Assembly (NCBI GenBank): GCA_026770705.1
Contig: JANJGN010000009.1
Coordinates: 158,038,001 to 158,102,000 of the forward strand
Origin: Isurus oxyrinchus
Taxonomy: Eukaryota
DNA: 64,000 bases
Reading direction: 5' to 3'
The notes below the pieces were generated by a model that worked only from the letters and a program-made list of their open reading frames with translations, was not told where the DNA came from and made no database searches. How positions within the stretch are numbered: the first letter of the stretch is position 1; every line of letters begins with the position of its first letter. Position numbers and translations under genes: made by a program. Shown here piece by piece: positions 38,726-50,660 of this stretch.

Positions 38726-39219
38726 TGCAGCACACCCTTCTTCTAGAGTGGAGCAGTCAGTTCCAAATTAACCATAAAGTCACCAGCTTGGATAGATTTT
38801 GCTCTTGCTGATGGACTTAGCAGTTAAGAGTGGTGCTGTGCCAACAGGTCTGCATTTGATTTAGTACAATATTTGCCATTTAAATGAAGTGTAGCACTAA
38901 ATGGCAAGTGTAGGAAATTGAAGAGTTGATCAAAGAAGAGATCGCTTTTAAAGTAGGCAGAGGGGCTACAAAGCAGGTGACAACTCATTAAGAATTCTAG
39001 GGGAAAATGCTAGTGGCCGAACAAGCAGCCACCATTGCACTAGGAATAAATGGAAAGTAGTAGTCTCGGGTTAGAAGAGCAGAGACTACATGCAGCAAAT
39101 TAAGGCAGGAAGAGATCATTAGAGACTGACATTTGAAAGCAGTGACAAGGATTTTGAAATTGTGTACTGGGACTAAAGGAGTTTCAGGGGTACAGGATTA
39201 AAGAAACATGAGGTTTAAT

Positions 39220-39490
39220 GCAGCTAAATCTAAAGATTAGAGCCAAAGCAAGATTAGGAAACACCTCTACAGACAAAGGGGGTAGTTGAAGTTTGGAACT
39301 CTCATCTGCAAACAGTATATGATGCTAGATCAATTGTAAATTTTAAATCTGAAATTGTTAGGCCTTTGTCATCCAAAGGTATTGAAGGATATGAGGCAAA
39401 GACAAGTATTTGGAGTAGGGTCACAGATCAGTTAGGATCTCATTGGCAGAACAGGCTCAAGAGGCTAAATGGCCTACATTGTTCCTGTGT
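39220..39490 (+). mobile_element. CR1 LINE 3' end
   Basis: gtttggaactctc...gaacaggctcaagaggctaaatggcctac. Confidence 0.65.
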
Positions 39491-39833
39491 AAGATTATAG
39501 CCTGTCACGCTAAAGCAACTGAACCTTAAAAATGTGCAAAAATTTAGGTGTGGAAGTTGTGGAATGGGCTTTCTACAGGGCCAGTGGAGGCAGACAGTGT
39601 GAAAAAAATTGACACTTGGATAGATATTTATGGATTGGGATACACAGAGAGTTTCCCCCACTGGAAAGACTGCAGAGTCTTCTCTTGATCCTGTGTTTTC
39701 CTATGTATTTTACTACGTTTTTCAATTAAAAAAAATTAATATCCTGATGCCAAATGTTCATTTGGAATAACATTAAAGTAGGGATTAAACTAGCATTTTT
39801 TAAGTTCTAAATGTTCCCTGGGTTTGGTTACAG

Positions 39834-40064
39834 GCACAACACAGAGATCGTTTCATCCAAGAGCGCTATGGAAAATATGACATCAGTGACCCATTCCTTG
39901 CTCTACAGAGGGATTGTGAGTCGGTCAGGGATGGCAATCGTGGTGACAAGCAGCCTGTGTGCACCAACCCACTGTCAGTGCTCAAGGTAGTAATGACACA
40001 GTGCAAGACGATGCAGGAACGAATGGTATCCCAGTTGGCTGCTGCAGAAAGCAGACACAGAAAG
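39834..40064 (+). CDS. CTTNBP2NL: CTTNBP2NL coding exon 2 (77 aa, CortBP2 coiled-coil domain)
   Basis: Not in the ORF track; read manually. ttacAG|GCA CAA CAC gives [77 protein letters not shown], then donor GTATTG at 40065. 231 nt. Confidence 0.96.
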
Positions 40065-40241
40065 GTATTGTAAAACATTACATTGCATGTACCTCATGTT
40101 ATGCATTAAGCTAATCTTGAGGAACTTACAGGGTTACACACAAAAAAACCGGGGTGTGGGAGTCAGAGAGTCAGCACAACTAAAACCGGCTGAATAGCCT
40201 CCTTCTGTATTGTAACTTCTATGATTCTATGATTTCACATC

Positions 40242-41022
40242 CAGTGTGAAAAACAGAAAAGCAAAGTATTATTTAAATGGTGATATATTGGGAAATGTGG
40301 ATGTACAAAGGGATCTGAGTGTCCTTGTACACCAGTCAATGAAAGTAAACAGACAGGTACAGCAAGCAGTTAGGAAGGCAAATGGTATGTTGGCCTTCAT
40401 CGCAAGAGGATTAGAGTACAGAAGTGAGGATGTCTCACTGCAGTTATACAGGGCCTTGGTGAGACCAGACCTGGAGTATTGCGTGCAGTTTTGGTCTTCC
40501 TACCTAAGAAAGGATATACTTGCTATAGAGTGCAGCGAAGGTTCATTAGGCTGATGCTGGGGATGGCAGGACTGTCATATGAAGAGAGATTGGCTTGACT
40601 GGGCCTGTATTCACTAGAGTTTAGAAGAATGAGAGGGGATCTGATTGAAATGTATAAAATTCTAACAGGGCTAGAAAGACTAGATGTAGGGAGGATGTTT
40701 CCCCTGGTTGGGGAGTCTAGAACCAGGGGCCACAGTCTCAAGATATGGGGCAGGCCATTTAGGACTGAGATGAGGAAAAATTTATTCACTCAGGATGGTT
40801 AACCTGTGGAATTCTCTACCACAGAAGGTTGTGGAGGCCGGGTCACTGAATATATTCAAGAAAGAAATTGATAAATTTTTGGATATTAGGGGCATCAAGG
40901 GGTATGGAGAGAAAGCAGGAATATAGCGTTGAGATAGAGGATCAGCCATGATCATTTTGAATGGCGGAGCAGGCTTGAAGGGCCGAATGGCCTACTCTTG
41001 CTCCTAGCTTCTTTGTTTCTAT
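40242..41022 (+). mobile_element. CR1 LINE 3' ~0.8 kb, young
   Basis: ORF 40246..40554: RDLSVLV...KANGMLAFIARG...LYRALVRPDLEYCVQFWS. 3' UTR gggccgaatggcctactc, then a (tttctatg) tail. Confidence 0.93.
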
Positions 41023-41804
41023 GTATTGGAATTCTGTTTCTAGTACTAAACCTGACATTAGATCAAATATAAGTGCAAATTAACAAAAGACATTTACTAA
41101 TGGAACAGTACTTAAGTATTTTGCTTTAGAATTGAAAGTCTCCTCACTTGTGATTTCCTCTCCTTATGTTGTCTTGGCCTGTTCCTCTGTCATAAGCCAT
41201 GAGACAAGCAAGTAACCTGTTCCCAGTCGTCTTATACAGGTTTACCATTACCATTAAGGATGGGAAGAAAACTAAGCAGAATATGTCACCTTTGAAATTT
41301 CTGCCAACTCTTTCTCTTCTTTCTGTCTAATGATTCACTCATACTCAGGATGCCATTGTTTGGGAAACTTAGGAAGTGAAAATTACACTCTGCACCCTTT
41401 TGTAGATTTGATTTTAATTCAGTGGCCTAGTTTTTGCACTTTTGGAGAACAGGACAGGTCACTCATTTTTCAAAAATGTCGCCAAGACATTTTTTTTTAT
41501 TTAATTCCAGTCACCAACTCTGAACTGGCAAATGTTTGCTGCAGTTGGCGCTCTCATCCTTACTGCAAGAAGTAGATCCATAACAATGTTGTTCTATGAT
41601 TTCTAAGGATAAAGGCTGAGCAATTTTAGCAATGTCAGTGCAGAGCTGGCACATGAACACGGGTCTGACGATACCAACTGAAAAATTGCCATTGTGGCAT
41701 TTCTAAAGATTAAGCCTGTTGCAATTTTTTTTCACCCTTCCTTTGAAAGTGCCCCTGTTATGATCCGGTTAGGGACTGTTAACATTTTTCCTTGGCTCCA
41801 GCTA

Positions 41805-42200
41805 TTGTCAGAGGTGTAACTTTCATCTACCATCTCTTGAATGGATTCCTCAGAGATGCCACAGGAATTCACCAAGGTTCCTTAGACAACTCCTTCCAAA
41901 CCCTTGACCACTACCATCACCTAGAAGGACAAGGACAGTAGATAGATGGGAACACCACCACCTGGAAGTTCCCCTCCAAGTCACTCACCATGCTGATTTG
42001 GAAGTATATTGCCATTCCTTCACTGTCACTGGGTCAAAATCCTGGAACTCCCTCCCTAACAGCACTGTGGATGTACCTACACCACATGGACTGCAGTGGT
42101 TCAAGAAGGCAGCTCAGCACCGCCTTCTCAAGGGCAGTTAGGGATGAGAAATAAACGCTGACCCAGCCAGCGAAGCCACATCCCGTGAATGAATTTTTTA
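41805..42200 (+). mobile_element. CR1/L2-group LINE 3' end, (ATGA)n tail family
   Basis: Homologous to 3855-4297; ends cacatcccgtgaatgaat. Confidence 0.8.
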
Positions 42201-42994
42201 ATAAGTCCCTTGTTCTAGTTACATTTTCAGTACTTCTAAGCTAATCAGCTGGTTGCTCTCTTTGTCACAAAACATTGAGAGGTCCACAATAGATTCTTCC
42301 ACTAGAATCAAACTAGACAATCTTCCAGTTCACAAAATTCAAACTGAGACTAAGCCTCACCCACATTCCACACAGTAAATGATGAAGTTAGTTTTTCCTC
42401 TGCTTATGGTGCAGGCCAAGCTAACTATCATTTACTTCGGTCATAGTGCAACCGCACCAGGTCCAAATTGCAACTACTGAGCTTGGATGGTCTGCGTTCC
42501 TTTATATAGCCTTTCAGTCTGGCTGGAAGTTTTGATTTCCAATCCTCAGGTTCAGTTTTTGTTTCTTCACAAGCAGGGAGGGTCACTCCCCATTGCATGT
42601 TTCCCTTTTTTCTTTTTCCATTCCATTTTCTGTTTTCAGTTAGGTCATGCATTGTTTAAGTTCCTGCACCCGTTGGTTATAGTTCTTATCTCTTCTATTC
42701 TGACCTTTTTAAGTGTTTATATTGCCTTTACCCCATTTCCTACAGTTAACGTTAATTTGAAAACTGCAAGTTTTATATTCTAAAGCACATGAGCTAGAGC
42801 ATGGATTTTCATCCTTGAGGCGGGTAGCAGGAGTCAGGGAAGTTAGATTGGCCTGCCTGCCTTGAAAGTGTTCACAAAGGCGGGATCTTTATTGCCTAGG
42901 GCGGGTACAGGCTGGAATTGGGCCAGTTGACCCAGGGAAAAGTTTGATGCAACCACGGGCTGCCGAGTGCAAAGGCAGGCTGTTTGAAAGGCTC

Positions 42995-43579
42995 AAAACA
43001 AAAACAGAATTACCTTGAAAAACTCAGCAGGTCTGGCAGCATCGGCAGAGAAGAAAAGAGTTGACGTTTCGAGTCCTCATGACCCTTCAACAGAACTGAG
43101 TAGTATTAGGAGAGGGGTGAAATATAAGCTGGTTTAAGGTGGGGGTGTGGGGGGAGAGAAGTGGGGGTGGGGGGGGTGGTGGGGTGTGGTTGTAGGGACA
43201 AGCGAGCAGTGATAGGAGCAGATAGCCTTGTTCACCTTCATTGCTTTCCATTTCTCTCCTAGTGTTTGACAAGGTGTTTACTATAATACCACCTTCAACA
43301 CCTCTTTGTTCTTTTGTCTGTGACATCTTTTGATTATCTGCTCCTATCACTGCCTGCTTGTCCCTACAACCACCCCCCCCCCCCCCCCCCCCCCCGCCCC
43401 CCCCAACCTTAAGCCAGCTTATATTTTACCTCTCTCCTAATACTCAGTTCTGTTGAAGGGTCATGACACGAAACTTTTTTCTTCTCCGTCGATGCTGCCA
43501 GACCTGCTGAGTTTTTCCAGATAATTCTGTTTTTGTTTTGGATTTCCAGCATCCGCAGTTTTTTGTTTTTAACTATATA
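42995..43579. mobile_element. Poseidon-type Penelope pLTR fold-back insertion
   Basis: 42995-43224 is inverted relative to 43334-43538. 12-bp TSD tttgaaaggctc (42983-42994 / 43580-43591). Confidence 0.9.
43059..43097 (-). ncRNA. Minimal hammerhead-like motif with CUGUUGA core
   Basis: Reverse complement: AGUU CUGUUGA A GGGUC-augag-GACUC GAA ACGU C AACU. Confidence 0.65.
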
Positions 43580-44619
43580 TTTGAAAGGCTCGCCTGGATG
43601 CAGTGGGACCTTGGCCCAGCTAAGATAAAAATACACAGGCCCCCCAGCCCTCACCTTCCAAACACGCCATATGCCCCATCCATGTCACATCATGTCCCCA
43701 CGCACCGCTATGGCCCCTCATGCTCCCTATACCAAGTTCTGCCCTTCCGCACACACACCAAGCATAGATAATGAGGCATGACTGCGAGCCCAGATAGCCA
43801 TTGTGCTTATTGAAACAGCTGCATCCTAGAGCTCAGGATCTCTGGTCTCTATGGTCGATTTCATAATGTTTATTTACACAACGTTAAGTGGTTCAAGGGT
43901 TTGTGGTTTTTGTTATTGATGCTTTAAAAGCTCTGGATGATTGACACTTATTGGCTGGTAGTGAAATGACTTTTTTTCAATAAGGGAGAAAGTTATGAAT
44001 GATTTACTTTAAAGCTTTTTTAAACACATCTTACTGTCACTATAGGGTTCGTTGGTTCAATACAGTGTATAATGTGTCAATGGGCATAGAAGTGCCATAG
44101 CTTGGATGAGGTCATGAGAGGCCATGGCGGATGGATTGTAGGGCTGGGCTTGGCAATAGGGGCCATGGGGAGTGGGTGGGAGGGCAGAACTTTGCATGGG
44201 AGGCATGAGGAGAACCTTTTGAACTTACCTTTGAAAAGCCTCATGCTCTGAGGAGCTGTGAACCACGACTCTTTATAAACCTGGTCTGACTCCACGAAAA
44301 TTGCAAAGGAGTAGGATATATCTATCTCTGCAATGGAGCCGGCCAGGTCAGGAGAGCCAAATACAGGCTTTTGACAGGAACCAGCCTGCACTCTTTAAAG
44401 GCACTCCGGAAAATCAGACAGCCAGGGAATGGGGTTGGGAATCCCAGAATCAGGACCTACCCGCCATTTTTAAAGGACTCCCAAATCGTCGTGACTGAAA
44501 ATCCAGTCCTAGATATTTGTAACACCCTCTCCACAGTCCCAAATATCCATGGAAGGGCCTGGCTGCTGGGTCTATGACACTGGAGTATTAGAATCAGCAA
44601 AGTCACATGTTTGAATTCT

Positions 44620-44810
44620 CCATTGTACAAAAGAAACAATTAACATGTGTTGATGTCTTCCACGATCTCGGGACATCCCAAAGCAATTCACAGCAATTAA
44701 GTACTTTTGAACGGTGGTCATTGTTGTAATGTAGAGAAAGGAAACAGTGAATTTACCAGAAGCAAGGGAGATTTCATTTTAATTTTGTTTGTTAAGGGAT
44801 AAATATTATA
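44620..44810 (-). mobile_element. Deu-SINE 3' fragment
   Basis: gacatcccaaagcaattcacagc...gttgtaatgtag...gggataaatatt is the reverse complement of the 25296 copy's 3' half. Confidence 0.6.
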
Positions 44811-44811
44811 A

Positions 44812-45860
44812 GCTGGTCATTCTCACATTGGCAGGCTGTGACTAGTGGGGTACTGCAGGGGTCAGTACTTGGATTCCAGTTGTTCACAATATATATTAAG
44901 GATTTGGATTTGGGGACCAAATGTAATATTTCCAAGTTCGCAGGTGCAACAAAACTAGGTGAGAATGTGTGTTGTGAAGAAGATGCAAAGCGGCTTCAAG
45001 AGGATTTGGACAGACTTAGCGGGCAAGACCATGGTAGATGGAGTATTATGTGGAAAATGAGAGGTTATCCACTTTGGTAGGAGGAACAGATGGGCAGAGT
45101 ATTCCTTAAAATGGTAAAAGATTAGAAACTGTAGATGTACAAAAGATCCTGGTTGCCCTTTTCAATAAGTCACTGAAGGCTAACATGCATGTGCTGCAGG
45201 CCATTAGGAAGACTAATGGCATGTTGGCCTTTATCACAAGGCGGTTTGAGTACAGGAGTAGCAAAGTCTTGCTCCAGTAGTATAGAACCTTGGTTAGACC
45301 ACACCTGGAATACTGTGCATTTTTGGTCCCCTTACCTTAGGAAGGATATTATTGTCATAGAGGGAGTGCAACAAAGGTTCACCAGACTTGATCCTGGGAT
45401 AGCAGGACTGTCCCATAAAGAGAGATTGAGGAAACTGGGCCTGTATTCTCTAGAGTTTGAAGAATGAGAGGTGGTCGCATTGAAACCTACAAAATACTTA
45501 AAGGGATAGACAGGGTAGATGCAGGTAAGATGGTTCCCCTGGTTGGGGAGTCTAGAACCAGGGAACACAATTTTAAAATAAGGGTGAATCCACTCAGGAC
45601 TGAAATGAGGAGGAACTTTTTCACTCAAGAAGGTTGTGAACCTTTGGAATTCTCGACCCCAGAGGGCTGTGGAATTTCAGTCAGTGAATATGTTTAAAGT
45701 AGAGATTGACTGACAGATTTCTAAATGCCAATGACGTAAGGGATATGGGGATAGTGTGGGGGGAAAAAGACATTGAAGTGGATGATCATATTGAATGGTG
45801 CAGCAGTCTCGATGACCTGAATGGCCTACTCCTACTCCTACTCCTGCTTCTGTGTTCCTA
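44812..45860 (+). mobile_element. CR1 LINE 3' ~1 kb including an RT fragment
   Basis: TSGVLQGSVLG-LF-IYIKDLD...SKFA--TKLG...LQEDLDRL; IETYKILKGIDRVD...RTREHN. Confidence 0.92.
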
Positions 45861-46609
45861 AAACTTCCCTGTCTTCTGTGTAATTCAGTCATCTGTGTAC
45901 CTCGTCAAGTGTATCCATGAATTTCGTTTGACTGCATCTTGATTGGCTCAGCTATATAAATATAATTAAATCAATCTAATTTTACAGTTCCCTACATACT
46001 GGTTTTTGTAGATTGCCTCCTTGCAGTAACAGTTCATGAATTTACAGTAATTGTAAAGTTCAAGTGAAGAGACAAAATTACATGCATTGGTTGCAATAGA
46101 AAATTCCACTACTTTTATGGCTGTTTGACCATAAATTATATAGATGATACATTCACTGTAAATAATATAAGCTAAAAGATCACATCATTTACTGCAAAAT
46201 GCTGACTAAGTGAAGATCTCAATTGTGGAATGTGAATTAATCCCAAAGGACTGCACTAAATGCATACTCCTACATGTTTAATCAGGCATTTAGTTATCTG
46301 AGAATCAAGCTATTGCCAATGCTAATGAGGTGAAGTATATCTCCATATAGACTTCTCACTAAAGTTTAAATACCTGCAGTCATTGTGATTCAGAATGCAT
46401 CATTATGGGCGAATGGTAGACAAATGCTCTTTTCTTAATTAGCCTAGTAAAGATACATGTTCTACATTTATTACTTTTGCAGGCCATAGTCAGGGTTTCC
46501 AAGACATCTGTTTAGCCTTGGGCTAAAGAAATCAAAGGATCTACAGTTGAGGCACCTACTGTTACATAAGATCTCCCCTACCTCCACAAAAAGCTTATAA
46601 ACTCCAAAG

Positions 46610-47575
46610 TCAAACATGGGAGCATGACTGCTATTTGGTCCTCGACCCTGTTCTATCATTCAGTTAAATCACAGCTGATCTGTACCTTAACTCCATTTAC
46701 CTGCCTTGGTTCTGTAACCTTTAAATACCCTTGCCTAACAAAAATCTATTAGTCCCCATTTTGAAATTTTCGATTGACCTTTGCAGCCTTTTGGGGATGG
46801 TGTTTTAGGTGAGGGGTTTGGTGGGGTGGGGGGCGTTAGTTCCATATTTCTACTATCATTTGTGTGAAGAAGTGCTTCCTAAGATCAGCCCTGGACACAC
46901 AGTTTTAATTTGAAGGGTACATTCCCTTGTTCTGGAGACCCCCACCAAACACCTTAATCTTCTATATTCAAGGAATACAAGCCTATTCTAACCAACCTGT
47001 CCACATCGTTGACAGCATCTTCCAAACCTGCAATCTCTACCATCTGGCAGGGCAGCTGCTGCATAGAAACACCACCACTTGCAAGTTCCCCTTGACCGTC
47101 CTGACTTGGAAATATATCATTGTTCCTTCATCATCATTGGGTTACAATCCTGGAACTCACTACCTAACCACTGTGGGTGCACCTACAGCACAAAGACTGC
47201 AGCAGTTTAAGAAGGCAGTTCACCATCAGCTTCTCGAGGGCAATTAGGGATGGCCTTGCCAAGATGCCAATATCCCATGAACGCAAAAACAAAGTTTTTA
47301 GCCCAGTTATCATTCTGGTGAATTTGTGCTGCATCTTTCCTGAAGGTGCAGAACTGATCACTGTACTGTAATTGGAGTCCATCTAGTGTTTTATATAACT
47401 ATGACAAAACTTTCACCCCTTTGTATTCTAGCCACATTGAGAGAAAAGCCTTCATTCCATTTGCCTGTGCAGTTATTTTTTGTACCTGTCCACTAGTTTT
47501 AGTGACTTCTGTACTTGGACCCCTAAATTTCCCTGCCCCTCCACAGTTCCTAACTTCTCACCATTTACAAAATTC
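46610..47575 (-). mobile_element. CR1 LINE (minus) with a nested plus-strand (ATGA)n-tail LINE fragment at ~47005-47285
   Basis: CR1 3' UTR reverse complement at 46610-46760 and NLGV-V-KSLK remnant near 47480-47530. The nested piece matches 3855-4297. Confidence 0.7.
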
Positions 47576-49049
47576 TGTGATCTGTCTTTCTTGGATGACC
47601 TCCCTGTCAACAACTGGCTGATTAACTTATTTTCTTCACACGACTTAATTTTCACAATCCTCTTGATTCTATCCAAGTATTAACTATTCTGAAACCAAAA
47701 GAAAATCAGGCAGCCTGTTCCTAGACTGATGCCCAGACTATTGGACCATCTTTGAGGATGTTCACGGGAGGCTAGTTGTATGAATCCAGTTTTCTTGGTT
47801 TCATCCTCTCCTTTGTGGTGATGTATTTGGCTTATACTCGGATCTTCCGCTGATGTATTTTAGGTTGTGTTCTCACTGTGACAGATCTTTGACAGAACCT
47901 TGTATTCTTCACCGCCCCCACCCCAACCCATATAAGAATTGTAGATGACCATTGCCGCTCATAATTGGTTTTATTATGGAAACATTTCTGAAAGCTTAAA
48001 TACTAGACTTGACTTAAATTTAATCTAGTATTATCTGACATTTATCAGCTGATTGGGTGTATTCTAAGAATGTAATAAGGCACTAATGATATGTATTCTG
48101 AACTATATATTCCCCTTAAAAACTATTTGATGTCGGAATTTGCATAGAATGAACATTGAGCACAGCTTCTGAATGCTTATACAAGAGTTCATATGTACAT
48201 TTTAAAATGCCATAACCCAATGTGACAACTGGTTAAATTGAATATTTTGCTTACATTTTGATTGTAATTTTTATTTTTAACTTTGTGGATGAGCGGAGAG
48301 GTTGCAATCTCTAACTCAGCTGGGTAGTATAAGTCAATTGCCTAGGTCACTGCTCCACAGCTGTGGAATAGCTTGTGACCAGAATAGCCTAGCTGAAATC
48401 TGCTAGCTCCACCAACATTGAAAACAGCAGTACTAATAGGGAGAAGGAATATTACTTGAGTGGAAATTAGTATTTTTTAACTTCCATTTTTAGTTCATTG
48501 TAAACTTGTAGTACAAGCAACTGCCAACAAGAGTAGTTTCAGAACTCAGCTCCTTTTGAGGGATACTTCAGGCAAAGGAGTGTAAACATGAGAAGGATGG
48601 TGCAATAAATTAGACACTGGCTTTTCATCACTAGAACCGGGCCTTAAAACTGAGATAAATAACTGCAGGCTATAAGAAAATCTGGGCCTAGTTAGCACTG
48701 AAATGGCAAACTCATTCAGAGAAAGTAGCTATTGTGGAAATGGAAAAATGCTACATTAATGTAGCAGAGGTGTACTGACAAGCTGAGACACTTTGGGACA
48801 GAGAAAGAGGCACTGTGCCCTGCATCAAACCTTGGAAAACTAGCTTGCAGTGCTTGGCTCTGACCATTTCTCAGCACTGCAGGGAAGGTGAGAAGAAGAA
48901 TTTCAAGTTATTGGAATACTAACTGTTGCTGAACACAAGTACGTGATTGGATCTGACTCCAGTCACAATTAAATTATACATGGTTGCTAACCTGAGTACA
49001 TTGTCTAAATTTGAATATAAACTCAAAAGCAAAGAGCCCCATAGAACAT

Positions 49050-49435
49050 AGGCAAGAGAAGATTGAGAGAAGATTTATGAAGGTATTCAAAATCGAGAGG
49101 TCTGGACAGAGTAGATAGGGATAAACTATTCTTGTTGATAGAATAGTCCAAAACCAAAGGACATTGTAAATGGCAAAAGAAGCAAAGGTGATATGAGAAA
49201 ATACTTTATGGAGCGAGTAGTTAAGATCTAGATTGCACTCCCTGAGACTGTAATGGGGGCAGATTCAATTGAGGCTTTCAAAAGGTAATTGGATAATTAT
49301 CTGAGGGGAAAATATTTCAGGGCTACGGAAAACGGCAGGGAGTGGGACTGGATGAGTTGTCTTGCAGAGAGCCAGCATGGACACAATCGCCTGTATGTCG
49401 TCCTCCTCTGCTGTAAACATTCTTGTGATTCTATG
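49050..49435 (+). mobile_element. CR1 LINE 3' end
   Basis: KVFKI--GLDRVDRDKLF remnant plus 3' UTR. Confidence 0.75.
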
Positions 49436-49586
49436 TAAAATTGTGAACTCAAAACTTCTTTGAATTTGGTTTAAGATATAATAGTTAACAAGGATTGTTC
49501 AGAAAATGCAAGCAGCAAAAATAATACATCTGCAAAGTTTTCAAGAGCTCAGTGTTTTTGATGACTGAGGTAGTTGGTTTTTGCAG

Positions 49587-49694
49587 GTTATTCTGGACCT
49601 GGAAGAAGAAAGACGAAGACATGCCCAAGATACAGCTGAAGGGGATGATGTGACCTACATGCTGGAGAAAGAACGTGAGCGACTCACTCAACAG
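49587..49694 (+). CDS. CTTNBP2NL: CTTNBP2NL coding exon 3 (36 aa)
   Basis: tttttgcAG|GTT ATT CTG gives VILDLEEERRRHAQDTAEGDDVTYMLEKERERLTQQ, then donor GTATAT. 108 nt; contains the family motif AEGDDVTYMLEKERE. Confidence 0.97.
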
Positions 49695-49827
49695 GTATAT
49701 GAATCTTTGCCTGTGTGCCGTCTTCATATGAATTATATTTGAAGAAACATCTTGTATTTTTGAGAGCGCATAGATTCTCACGCTATTTTTTGCTGACAGC
49801 ACAGTGACATAAGTAGTATTCAAACTT

Positions 49828-50040
49828 ACAAAAGCAGAAACTACAGGTGCTGAAGGTCCAAAGTAATAGCAGACATGTTGGAAGTACTCAGCAGGTCAGG
49901 CACCATCTTTGGGGAGAGAAACAGAGTTAACGTTTTGGATGAAAGGTCACAGACCTTTTCATCAGAACAGAACTTTAACTCTGTTCCTCTTCCACACAGA
50001 TGCTGCCTGACCTACTGAGTGCTTTAATCATTTTATGTTT
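49828..50040. mobile_element. Older Poseidon-type pLTR fold-back (canonical CUGAUGA core, GAAA mutated)
   Basis: tactcagcaggtcaggcaccatc...cagagttaa is inverted relative to ttaactctg...gatgctgcctgacctactgagt. Reverse complement core gttctgatgaaaaggtc. Confidence 0.7.
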
Positions 50041-50094
50041 CTATTAGCATTCAAGTTTGATGGCTTCCATTTATTTGGACTGACCTGTTTATAG

Positions 50095-50660
50095 ATCATA
50101 GGAAATGGGGACAGAGTCAATCAGTTGGCCCGTTGAGCCTGCTCCACCAATGAAAAAGACCATGGTTGATCTGATCGTGGCCTTAACTCCACTTTGCTGG
50201 CTGTTGCCCATAACCCTTGACTCCCCTGAAGATTAAAAATCTGTCTAACTCAGCCTTGAATATATTCAATGACCCAACCTCCACTACTCTCTGTGGAAGA
50301 GAATGCCAAAGACTAAAAAGCCTCTGAAGGAAGAAATTTCTCATCATCTCCGTCTTTAATGGAGATGAAATTTTAATTAATTTATTTTGAAACTGCCCGC
50401 TAGTTTTAGATTCCCGCATGAGGGTAAATGTCCTCCCAGCTTCTGCACTGTTAAGTCCCTTCAGAATCTCCTATGTTTCATTATGATTCATCTGAACTCT
50501 AATGAGTAAAGGCCCAACTTGCTCAACCTTTCCTCCATAAGACAATCCTTTCATCCAGGAACCAGCCTAGTGAGCCTTCCCTGAAATGCTTCCAGTGCAA
50601 TTATATCCCTCCTTAAATAAGGAGATCAAAACTGTGCTCCGTCCTCCTAGGTGTGGTACA
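50095..50660 (-). mobile_element. CR1 LINE 3' end
   Basis: ORF 50183..50419: KTEMMRNFFLQR--SLWHSLPQRVVEVGSLNIFKAELDRFL. Confidence 0.88.

Larger units (their letters stand above)
42798..44509. mobile_element. Non-autonomous PIF/Harbinger-like element with a nested Penelope insertion
   Basis: TIRs agcatggattttc (42798-42810) and gaaaatccagtcc (44497-44509), 10/13 complementary. Both are flanked by TAG (3-bp TSD). Interior is GC-rich. Confidence 0.6.
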
